Source: Spirogloea muscicola (Eukaryota). From it: 51,956 bases of DNA. The position numbers and the translations under genes are program-made. The notes beneath the pieces are model-generated. The model was not told the origin of the DNA, made no database searches, and worked only from the letters and a program-made list of their open reading frames with translations. Shown here in pieces: positions 34,880-45,288 of the stretch. The stretch covers positions 925,780-977,735 of the forward strand of contig WELB01000008.1 of the NCBI GenBank assembly GCA_009602725.1, written 5' to 3'. Every line of letters starts with the position of its first letter. The stretch's first letter is position 1.

Positions 34880-35240
34880 GTGGTTGGGAGGGGGCCGGTG
34901 GTCCTCACTTTCGCTGCTGGCCTCTCCAGCTGACCAGCCGCGCCGCGAACGGAGTGTAGTACTTACTGGGGGCTCGGTGCCTTCCGGTCTTTGTGTCCTG
35001 CTACCGCATGCGGCTATCTATGTCCCTACAGCGGTCCCAAGCGCTTGCTTTGCACCGCCGAGCCAGTCGCGCCCTTTGCAGCAGCCTCTGGCTTGCGCAG
35101 CGGGGTTGCTCTTCCTCCCCTCAGCTCATCTGACTTCCCACTGCTGACACGGGGGTACTAAGAGCGCCCTGTCTGCCTAGGCTGTGGCTCCGACAGGAAC
35201 ACTTTCTGCATGCACCTGGCTGGCTTTTACAGCCGCTCTT
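34880..35240 (+). mobile_element. 3' fragment of another CRE-like subfamily
   Basis: Reads GPHF...SCYRMRLSMSLQRSQALALHRRASRAL, then a frameshift, then AAASGLRSG..LSSSDFPLLTRGY* (stop about 35159-61). Confidence 0.8.
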
Positions 35241-35269
35241 TTTTATATCAGCAGCCGCATGCTCTGCTC

Positions 35270-35480
35270 TTTGGATGCTCTGGCGGACTTGATGCGCGAC
35301 GCCAGCTACCGCGCCACTGTAGAAGTCAACAAACGACCCAGAGGCGTTGTCCCGCATCCCTGGGTCCCGCGTCCTTGCTCTTCAGTGAAAGTGGCGCTAT
35401 CACAGCTGTGTGCCAGCGCAAATTCCTGCTCCGCCAGTAAACGACCCGCCCTACAGTGGCTGACCCGGGGTTGCTTAGCC
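35270..35480 (+). mobile_element. Heavily deleted CRE-like relic
   Basis: DALADLMRDASYRATVEVN at about 35274-35330, a TGGGTCCCGCGT (LGPR-like) piece, and CTGACCCGGGGT (LTRG) at about 35460. Confidence 0.6.
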
Positions 35481-36287
35481 TCGGCAGGGGCTGACATCTC
35501 GCTTTGTGATGTTTACTGCTCCACACGCTGTCCGTCCTCATTCAATGGACTGGCCTCTACTACGCACCATCAGTGCTTCCCTGCCCAATCTGGCCAGCTG
35601 GGTAGTCCTCAGAAAGTGCTCGCCGACAGAGAAGAGGAGCTGGGCTGGCGCTTCTGCAGCCGAATGCCCCCTTCGGTAGCCCCCTTCTTGTAAGCGCGAG
35701 CCTTGACTTTCCATTGTGTTCCTGGATTGGCCACAATTGGTGCTACCACTATTCCCACCCCTCTCTTGCACACCCGTGGCCCCCATGCTCGCTGCTCCAC
35801 TGAGTTGACCCACACAGACGGAGCTGAGGCCCAGCTATGTCAAAACAGTCAGATGAGGGAAGCAAGATTCAGTGTCCAGAAGCAAGATCCACACACTAGA
35901 TCTTGCTTCTGACGAGGGCCGCTCAAGTCAGGTGATCATATTACCTAGATATAAGAATGGTGAATGTGAATAGCTTCCGCATGCCCTGCTGTCTTGCCGC
36001 GTCGTCCTTTTCTATTCCTGCAAAGCTTGGCTTATCACTGCTAATACTCTTCCAAGAACATTGTGGCAAGTGTAGACGCAAGGAGGACCAAGCAATTAGC
36101 TTAAACCCGACATTCACACACGCTGCGCCCTTCACACCCAACCAAATTCCTCCCAAACCCCTTTCTTCTCCACTCCTCAAAGGCGACCCATCACCGTAGC
36201 ATTGCGTTTACTACCTCAGATGCTGACTTGTGGCATTGAAGCCAATCGTAAGTGGTGCCAACCAATAAAAGAATCTGGGGAGGAAGA

Positions 36288-36333
36288 GGGGGGGGGGGGG
36301 GGGGGGGCAGAAGGGGGTGGGGGGGCAGAAGGG
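36288..36333. repeat. Poly-G tract (about 20 nt) with GGGGGCAGAAGGG repeats
   Basis: Seen directly, just downstream of the GYF gene stop codon. Confidence 0.9.
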
Positions 36334-36350
36334 ACAAGTACTGTCTAATA

Positions 36351-38543
36351 TCATAAATCCTCTACACGTTGGATTTCGCCCTTCATGATTCGGTTGCTGG
36401 ACACTGAGAAGCCAAGCAAAGAGGGATCCACCACTTTCTTTCCCTTCTTGCTTTTCTTCTTGGCCACCTCCGCGAGTTCGGCGGCAACCTGCTGCCTAGC
36501 TGCGCTGGCAACGGCAGCTAATGGTGCCATGGGTGCTGGTGCAGAGCTGGGTGTTGTGGCAGGTCTAAGCACCCCCGTCCCACCGCTACTGAACTTGGAG
36601 TCACTTATAAGAGCCTCAGAGATCACGGGGAAAGCAACACGAATAGCTGCTGGCGATAAGTGTTGCCGGCGAGTCAGAAACTCGCCCTTAAATGCCACAA
36701 CAGATGGAGTTGCTCCCAAATACTGCTCAATGTAGCCACCCACTTCACTTGCCGAGGGCAAGGAGACACAAAACTCCAGCAGCGTCAAGTCTGCAAGTCC
36801 ACTTGGGTTCAGTCCATAGATGTAGCAACACTTCTTAACAACCAAGGAGGGGGCATTGTAGCTATGCTTATAGTCTGTTCGATGAGAAAGCAATAGCAGT
36901 CAATGCAGAGGATGCACTCACCTTCTCGTCCCGTCAGTTCCATGACCTGGACTGCGCACCATTGCCGAAATTCCCGGCCCCTGATCATGTCCGCTGCGTC
37001 GACAGCATCCACCTTTGCAGGTGCTGTAGATACATCTGGAAGCAGGCACACGAATTCATTGTCACACTGAAAATTCGTGTCATGCTTAGACGCTCTTGGA
37101 CCAATATATGGAGCATCCAAGGGGAACATACCTTTCCCTTGAGGTAGCTTCTTGGGCTTTGCCATGGTCCTACTGACTGGTGCCATCGCTGCCAAGGATG
37201 GAAACTCGACGGCACTGTCTTGAGGGGCCGCTGGTGCCCGCAGGAGAGAAGCCGCCGGCACAGCCCCGGGTGTCGCCAATGATGGCCGAGCTCCCGCAGC
37301 AACTGCCGCTGGGGCTCGTTGGATTTCCGCTCTGCATCTCAGAGACAGCAGAGTTGGAAGAGAACACACAAAAAGGCCGCACCACGTTGCCAACTACTTG
37401 TGCTGTTACATACACCAACAAGTGCTTCCTCACAGTGCATGGGGCATCGGGCAATACCACAGTGCAAGCACTACCTGCGGGCTGGTGCCACAGGCTGAGG
37501 GTTCTTCACGTTGCCAACTTGGAGGGTCACATCGTGCCCGTAGTCCCAGAAGAGGTCGTCATCATCTCCAATGGATGGGACGGAGGCAGCAGGTGCTGCT
37601 GGAGGTGCCCTTGGTGCTGATCCCTGACCCAAATTCAAAGCACCTCCGGAATGCAATGGCGTGGCGGCAGAAGATGGAGACCGCTGCTGCAGCCATGAGC
37701 CACTGGTCACTGCAGTCTTGGGGTTCATTGCAGCAGCTTGGGCCTGCTGAAGGGCCAGGGCGCGAGCCTGCTCCGCAGCAAGCCGGAGCTCTGCCTCCTG
37801 AATCTCTTTCAAGGACAGGCTGTGTGGCGACACCACTTGCTTTGCCGCCCACGCAGCCGGCGGTTGAGCGTCTGGTTGAGCGCTGTCCCGCTGCTGAGGC
37901 TGCAGGTAATCAGCCAGTGATGGTCCAGGCGGCAAAGGCATGTTTAGCAGCTGCTGCTGATCACTAGCTGTGCGTTTAGGAGTGCTCTTGGGTGGCGCAG
38001 GCGAGGAGCCTGGCTCAGGCATAGCAGCTTGCGCAGCCACTGTTGTCGCTGGCCCGCCAGAGCTAGCCCTGGCCTTGGCGGCGCGCTTCTTACTCTTGCG
38101 GCTCTCACGGGGCTCCACGAATTCTGCCTGGCTGCTGTCCTCCTTCTCAGCAATGGCAGCCTCACTCTGGGCGGCTGCCAGGATCTGGGCAGCTAGAGCA
38201 TGACCCTGGCCCCTCTTGCCCACAGCAACGGGTGGCGCCAGCTCCATCTTCACCTGGTCCCAGCGCGGGGACGTGGCAGCGGCGGTGGGCCTGGAAGCCC
38301 GCTCCTCCTCTTCCAGCTGGATCTCCCTCAATGACTGTGGTGCAGTAGCTGAGCTGGCCCAGGGCCTCCCTGGCGCAGGCGCAGATGACGACACGTGAGC
38401 AGCAGCAACAGCCGCCTGGGCTGCACGAGCTGCCTCCTCCCCCTGTATCTCCTTCAGAGACTGCGCTGGCCTGGCTACAGCAGCCTCAGCCGCAGTCGCC
38501 CAGGCTGGTGATGGTGGCTGCGCTGCTTCTTGCTTTTGCCATG

Positions 38544-38575
<32 letters not shown>

Positions 38576-41500
38576 AGAACCGCATGCTTCAGATGCTGCT
38601 GTTGCTGCTGGTGGTCTTGCTGGTGTGTTGTTTCTTGCAGCTGCTGCAGTACTGGCTCATGCATCTGCTCGAGCTCTTGCTGCTGCTGCACGGCCGGTGA
38701 GGGCGTCGATGGCACCTGGGGCTGCTGCACAGGCAGCTGTTGTAAGCAGAGCTGCTTCTGCAATGTCTGCGACAGGTGAGGCTGTGCCAATGGTTGCAGC
38801 TGCACTGCCTCCTGCTTCTCGACTTGCAGAGGCTCCCAAGCCATCAGCGGGGGCGGACCCTCAACAGCCATGGCACCAGACAAGCCCTGAGCATTGCGCC
38901 TGCCAGGTGTCAGCTCCGCGTCATTTGGCAGCCTCCCCCCCAAAGTCCCATCCAAGTGCCCTGCCGCCAAGGGAGCTTGCTCCTCCTGATTGAGCTCCAG
39001 CTTGCCAACTGGCTGGCCGGACCTCTGAACAAACTGGCCATGCCCGTCAACCTCCCACACGCCAGACATGCGCAAGGGAAGCTCACGTTCCCTTGGCAAG
39101 CCGGGCTGACCAAGCGGGTGCCTGCCATGGTGCCCATGGAGCTGAGTGCTGCCAGGTAGAACATCTTGCTGGTGCAGGGCCTGCAGGAAGTGGGGCAGTG
39201 CACGTGAGCATATCTGCTGCAGTTGGCATAAGACCATCAAGGTGAAGACAAACAAGGGGCCACATTAGCTGGGTGCAGGCAGGGCCTCACAGTTTGGGGC
39301 AGGAAGTTCATAGCAAAAGCACTTCATGGCAGGAGCACTACAAAGAAGCAGTAAAGCAGTGGCTGCTTCATAAGTGGCCTCCATCTACATTGGCATCATA
39401 GCATCATAGCAAGGGAGGACAAGAACTTACAAGAGGCAGCAGTAGGTGCAGCGGCAGCTCTGCCAGGCTGGGGTTCTCCTTGAGCAAGCGCTCCACAGCC
39501 AGGAGCTGCTGGTGATGCTGATACTGCCGCAGGAGCTGCTCCGCACCATGTGCAGCAGCTGCTCCGGGCGGCACCAGGGAGCCTCCGAGTGTGGCGGATG
39601 CAGCTGCCGCAGTCTGCGCCTGCATCTGGGATAGCACCAGGTGCTGCTGCTGTTGAGCTAATTGGTGGTGGCTCTGGTGCAATTGCTCCGGCTGCCGCTG
39701 CCGCTGCTGTTGCAACAAGTCCAGCGCGAGGGCTGCAGGCACCTGCTGGGGGCCTACCATGGACTGCTCAAGTGGAAAAGCAAGCCGCTGGTGCTGTGGC
39801 TGCTGCTGCAATGATGGCGGCGGGTGCTGTTGTTCAAGATGGTGCAGCATTCTATCAGGGACCATGCCCGCCGGAAGCACCCGCGCGACTCTGTCAGAAG
39901 CTGCCACCTCCGCGGAAGCAAGCGGTGAAGGCATTGTTGATACGAGGCCATTGGGTTGCCATGCCGACACTGCTGGCAGCTGCTCATCCTTGACGTTTTG
40001 CTGCTCCTGTAGCACCCGTGGCGGTGGCAATGGGAAGACATCCTCCTCAAAGAACCAGGGCTTGCCCAACAGGGGTCCTACAGAGGGAAGCAGGGCCGGC
40101 GCCTCGTCACGGTGGTCGCCCTCCACCTGTGGAAAAGCAGACATGCGCCGCCGCTGCGAGAAGGTGCGCTCCAGCGACTCGTCTGTGCCCAGGCTGGGAA
40201 TTGCCACTTCAATTGACACCGAGGCATCGCCATTGAACAGCACATCTGCAATAGAGGCAGTAAGTGAGACATGCAGAGAAGATAATCAATGCTCTGCACT
40301 AAGCTCAGAAATCAAGTATGCCAGGTATGCCACGTCGCAAGGCAGAAGGAGATCCACAACATTGTCAACTTCGTTGAAGCTACCAGTGAAGCAGACAAGG
40401 AGCCACCTGGCCTATGATTGTTGGCGCCCGTGCCAGAGCTTGCCAGCTCAGGGCTGCGGCTGGATGCTGGGCGCTCAGCTTGCTCATCCAGCTCCTCTGT
40501 GGCACGGGCACTTAACGCCTCTACATCATGCAGGGCTGCTGTTGGAATATTGTTGACACCAATAGGAGGACCTTCTGTTATTGCCACCTTGGCCTGCTCC
40601 ACCAGGCTGAGAGCAGTCTCCTCCTTTTCCTCCTCACTTGCAAGCATACCATTAGCAGCTGAAGCAGCCCGTGTGGCAACTGCAAAACCGGGCGGCACGG
40701 CGGGCTTGGGATTGAGCTGAGGCACGACAGTGCCGAGGGGCAGGAACGGCGTGCCAGGGGAGGCATCGGCAGGTTGTACAAGCAGCTCCAAGCCAAAAAA
40801 GCCGGCCTCCAACCAGCCAGCAATGTCGCTGCCGGCGAACGGGCCCTGCACCTCTCCTTGCGGGTCCTTATACAGCAGCTGCAAGTCCTCGAGCAGCGAC
40901 GCCAAATTCTTAGTGGCCACAACACCTGCAGCGATGACGCCGGGTGCGTCGGTGGCCACCATCTCTTTGGCGCCTTTGCCGCCCTTCTCGTTACGCTGCA
41001 ATGACCAAGTATCCGAGGGCTCAACAGGCCGCGGTCCATGTACATTGCTGCTTGCGCCCGTGGCAGCGGCAGCATTGCTAAGCTCCGTCTTAGCTTCTGC
41101 ATCTGGCCCATTGTCGTTGATTGTCGCCTTGTGCAGCTGAACTGCAACATCACTTGGTGCTGCAAGCAAGGACGATTGCAATTGACAGTAAGAGGGCGAT
41201 CTGAAGCACCCGTTGGCACTTTCAAGCGGCAGCAGAACCCAAGGATCTTCTCCTACTTGTTGGGGCACTGCTCGGCGATTGTACTTCGGTACAAAATTGT
41301 TGCAGGGTTTATACCTGGTGCATGTGCAGCTGGGGCAGCCCACCCAAAGCCACGCCCTGCTGGATCGTCTGGTGGAATGCTCGAGAGAGCAGCCTCATGC
41401 GCGGCGGCTCGGCTGTGTACAGGCTCGCCGTTGAACATGGCCTCTCGCAACGCCTGCTTGACCACAGGGCGGCACACAAGTCAGGCTGATCGTGCGCATC

Positions 41501-43382
41501 GTATGTCGACAATATGCCCACCATGTCGCTGCAACCTTGCAAAGAGCCTTAGCAGTGAGGAAGTGGCGATGGAGAGTGGGGGAGGAGGTATCACCTCCTC
41601 CTGGGCATCAGGTGGAGAGAGAGCGAGTGGTTCCACAAGGTCCAACTGCGTGAGCCCGGGAACTTCCACAAATCCATCGGGGTAACGCCGAAATGACGGC
41701 AGGATGCGGCTCTTGCGATGCAGCTCCAGCAGGCGGCCCCGTGCATAGCGCAGCTCTGCCGCCCCAGGGGCCTCCTGGGGCAATCCATCACTGCCAGCGC
41801 CAAGCATTGGGACCACTGGTGGTGGATTGACAGGCTCACTGCCACGGCTGCTGCCAGCGGGACTCACGCCGCGCCCGCGGCCCACCGTGAACCCCAGCCC
41901 AGGGCTGCGGTGCGGCGGGGCATGCAGAGGAGCTGCTGCCAGTGCTGCCACTGGCTCCAGCTTGGCAACCAGCTGCGGCAATGGCGGCGGACCCTGGCCT
42001 GAGGCCAACTCGCCGCGACCACGGTGGCCAAACGACTGCGACCGCCAGGCTCCGGGCCTTCCTGCAACGCCGTCGCCCTCGGCAGCAATGCCACCGCCAG
42101 CGCCGCCGCTGCTTCCAGTGCTGGTGCGCTGTGGCGGATCGCCTGCACCCTCCTCCTGCCCCCACGGCTTGCGAATCTTGTCGCGCTCGCCCGCCCACCC
42201 CGGGTCCTCCGAGCGAATCCACTTGGAGTTCCGCATGCCACCAAGGCTGACCCCTCCGCCGCCGTTGTTGCTGTCTGAGCCGGGCCAGCGATCGAGCGGC
42301 GGCGCATTGTCCCACGCATCCTTGGACCAGCGATGCGGCGGTGGCATCGCTGCCCGTGCGGGTGCGTTGTCGCGCTCGTCCTCGCGCCAGCGCTCGCGCC
42401 GCGTGCCTTCAATGTCGCGCTCGCGGTCGCGGTCGCTAAGGGTGCGCCACCAGTCACCGCGTCGGGGGCGCTCCCGCTCCCGCTCCCGCTCCCGCTCTCG
42501 CTCACGTTCCCGCTCCCTCTCCCAGTTGTTATCACGGTCGCGCTCCGCCTCCCGCTCCCGCACCCGGCCCAAGCTGTCTTTTGACAGCCCATGGTCCTGG
42601 CCCTGGGGGCCGGACAAAGGCGACCGAGTGATCTCCTGCACGGCAGCAGGCCAGAAATCGCAGCAGCATGATGGGCGTGAGCACTGTGAGTGTGGCACCG
42701 GCAGGTACTGCAATGAAGAACTCGAATGACGCAGCCAAGGCTGCAACCGAAGCGTCAGCAGGGCCACCGGGAAGATAGACGAGAGACGTCGCACCGCCGG
42801 TCCGGGAGGAGCCTTGCCGCCGTCCCCAGGCTTGGCGAGGAGCCACTGTGGCGACAGCGGGACAACCAGGCCTGCGCCGTCTGCAGCCAGTGGAGCTGAG
42901 CTCAGTCAGAGCCGGGCCAGCAGTAGCGCCCCTGATGGTGGGCTGGCCATGGTAGGCTCTCGTGTGCTGGGAGAGCTGGCGACGGCGTGCGGCAGCCGAG
43001 GCTCCGGGTGCCGAGCGCCAGCAGGCCGAGAGGATGCTTGGGAGGAGTAGGGTTCCGCAGACGGCGAGGCAAGCACCTCTGCTGTCGATGTCCCCGGCAG
43101 GCCCCAGAGGCTGTCGCAGCGCGCCACCGCCGCCGCCGTTCTCGTCTGCCGCAAGCGCCACCGCCGCAGGTCAAGAAACTCAGGGCGAGGGGTCCGGCCG
43201 GAGCTGCGAAGGGCCAGCAGACTGTGGCGCGACGAGCCGACGACCCCCTCGGCAGGCCGCCACGGCGGGCGACGGCTGCCGCAGAGCAGCGGCGGCTCAA
43301 GCGCGAAGGCCGCACCTTGCAGGCGCAGGAGCTCGGGGCGAGCGCCGCGGAGGCCCCCGGGCGGCGTCAGGGGCGCGGTGCC
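36351..43382 (-). CDS. EXA1: GYF-domain protein, EXA1/PSIG1/GIGYF-like, multi-exon; start probably in gap 43383-43425
   Basis: The small exon at about 42794-42879 reads [13 protein letters not shown] (EXA1 N-terminal motif). Further motifs: [56 protein letters not shown] domain [28 protein letters not shown], three SL(K/R)EIQ.EE-like repeats, [14 protein letters not shown], and the C-terminus [32 protein letters not shown]. Confidence 0.9.
38545..38576 (-). repeat. Coding (CAG)n microsatellite, poly-Gln
   Basis: About 10 CTG units on the + strand, in frame in the GYF gene. Confidence 0.9.
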
Positions 43383-43759
43383 NNNNNNNNNNNNNNNNNN
43401 NNNNNNNNNNNNNNNNNNNNNNNNNAAAAAAAAAAAAAAAAAAAAAAAAAAAAACGGCGGCGGCGGCGGCGGCGGTGGCGAGCTGGCGCGGGTGCGGTGG
43501 GGAGGTTAGGGCTGGGGGTCTTAGGGCCCCGCCGCATATTGCCATACAGTTGATCGAGGCGCGGAACCCAAATCCGGGGGTGCTGCAGATTTGGCTGTGC
43601 CAGACGGCAGCCGACGGGTGGCCCCCGCGTCTCCCCGAGTGGGCGCTGCTGGCACCCGCAACGGCGGAGCCGGGACCGCGGGCGGCCCCTGCGGGCCTCG
43701 CGCACTCCGGCAACCCGTGTATCCTTTCCCTGCCCCGCCGCCGCCGCCGCCGCCGCGGC

Positions 43760-44773
43760 ATGGCGCTGCAGTGGGTGATGCTGGGCATGGCCGCGGCCGC
43801 GGAGGCGGTGCTGCTGCTGCTGCTGACGCTGCCCGTGCCGCCGCCTGCGCGCCGCGCCGCCGTGCCGCTCGCCGCGCGGGCGCTGCAGCCGCTGCTCGCC
43901 ATCGTGCCCTTCGCCGCCTTCCAGCTCCTCGGTGCCCGCCTCGCCCGCTCCTCGCCCTGGCGCTCCTTCCTGCTGCTCCCAGCTCGCTCCACCACGGCCC
44001 TGCTGCGGCCTGCTCACTCGCTCCTCGCCGCCGCTGACTACCGCATGCGCAGAGGTGTACCTGTCCTACGACCGCCACCTGGTGTGCAAAGACGACGTCT
44101 GCTCGCCCTTTGACCGCGAGCGCTTCGAGAGGAAGGTGCGCGCCCGCTTTCCCTCACTCCACAGAAGTCGGACGCAATTGCGCCCTGCTCCGTCCGCGCC
44201 CTGCTGCGAGCTGGGCGCTGACACCCGGCACACCGTATGCTTTGCATGCTGCACGAGACGGTCTTTGACCTGTCGGGAAATGTCCTTCTCCGCACGATCC
44301 GACAAGCTTTGCAAGCTGACGATCGCCTGGTGCCTGCATGCTGCTGCGGTTGGGCGCCAGAGATTCAAGGCGCAGCGCAACGCGCTTGTGGCGCTTTCGG
44401 CCCTCTTTTTCTACTGGTCAGCTGTCTGTTTCTGCCAGGGTCGGGTCTACGTCGTCTGATAGCTGCTGTTGGCTCTATGGCTGTGTGGGAGACAGGCTGG
44501 CTGCAGCATCCTTGCTAAGATTGATCGCAAGACTCAGCAAGTCGAGGCCCTACCTGCCTTCAGCATGAGGGCCTGCGCTGTTTTTGTTGACACTGTGGGT
44601 ATCCATGTTGCAGGTTGCTGTACCGGGTGTGCGTGGTGTATGCGCACTTGCAGCGGCTGGAAGAAAAGGTTGTGCTCGCCAAGTCTATGGCTGCAACTCA
44701 AGTTGCCATGCAGGCGCCGGCCGCGCCGGCGCGCGTGACACCTCCTGAGAGCGAGAAGAGCAAGGATTACTGA
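43760..44773 (+). CDS. BAP31/BAP29-like ER membrane protein; exons 43760-43931, 44053-44135, 44361-44416, 44614-44773
   Basis: Spliced translation MALQWVMLGMAAAAEAVLLLLLTLP..LQPLLAIVPFAAFQLL-EVYLSYDRHLVCKDDVCSPFDRERFERK-RFKAQRNALVALSALFFYW-LLYRVC..RLEEKV..KSKDY*. It has three TM segments, the QRN motif and a KxKxx ER-retrieval end. Confidence 0.9.
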
Positions 44774-45288
44774 CTGCCCAGTTCCCCAGAGCTGGGGGCC
44801 ATCTGTAAGTGACAGGCCAACTTTTTTACAACAGTCGTGCAGCTTCAGAGGAACAGCTCCACACAGCTGACTCTGAAAGCTCATGTGCGCACACTGTAGG
44901 CATGGACATAGAGTGGGAAGTAGAGTGGGACGAAGCTTTGCTGCACAGACCACTGTCCACCAACACGAGCTCCCTTATGTTGTTGCCATGTCTGCAACCG
45001 AGTCAGATATCCTTGTCTCAGGTGCTTGGAGCTTGCATGTACTGACACTCGATTCGGTGAAGCGTAGCAAACAAGTGAAGAGATGACTCGAGGCATACTT
45101 TGAGACTCTGGGCAGAGTGGTTTGCTGGTAAGTTGCAAGTGTCCGCTGCTGGCACCTGACTGGCAAAATTAGAATATAAGGGGACATCATACAAGTGGAG
45201 GCCACATCAAGCCAGACCAGGGGGTCAGGGGCGCCCGAGAGAGGGTACCGAGCCTCCGAGGAGCCCTTCATGGCGGCCAACTTCGTCT

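Noticed and set aside
27970..35480. Intact autonomous element (DIRS, Penelope, LTR or DNA transposon)
   Set aside because: No RT, integrase, tyrosine recombinase, GIY-YIG or transposase motif was seen.
43426..43454. Poly-A run as a retroposon tail or poly-Lys coding
   Set aside because: It abuts an assembly gap, with no associated element or TSD visible.
43504..43526. Two TTAGGG hexamers upstream of BAP31 as telo-boxes
   Set aside because: They do not match the full AAACCCTA consensus and are too short to support a call.
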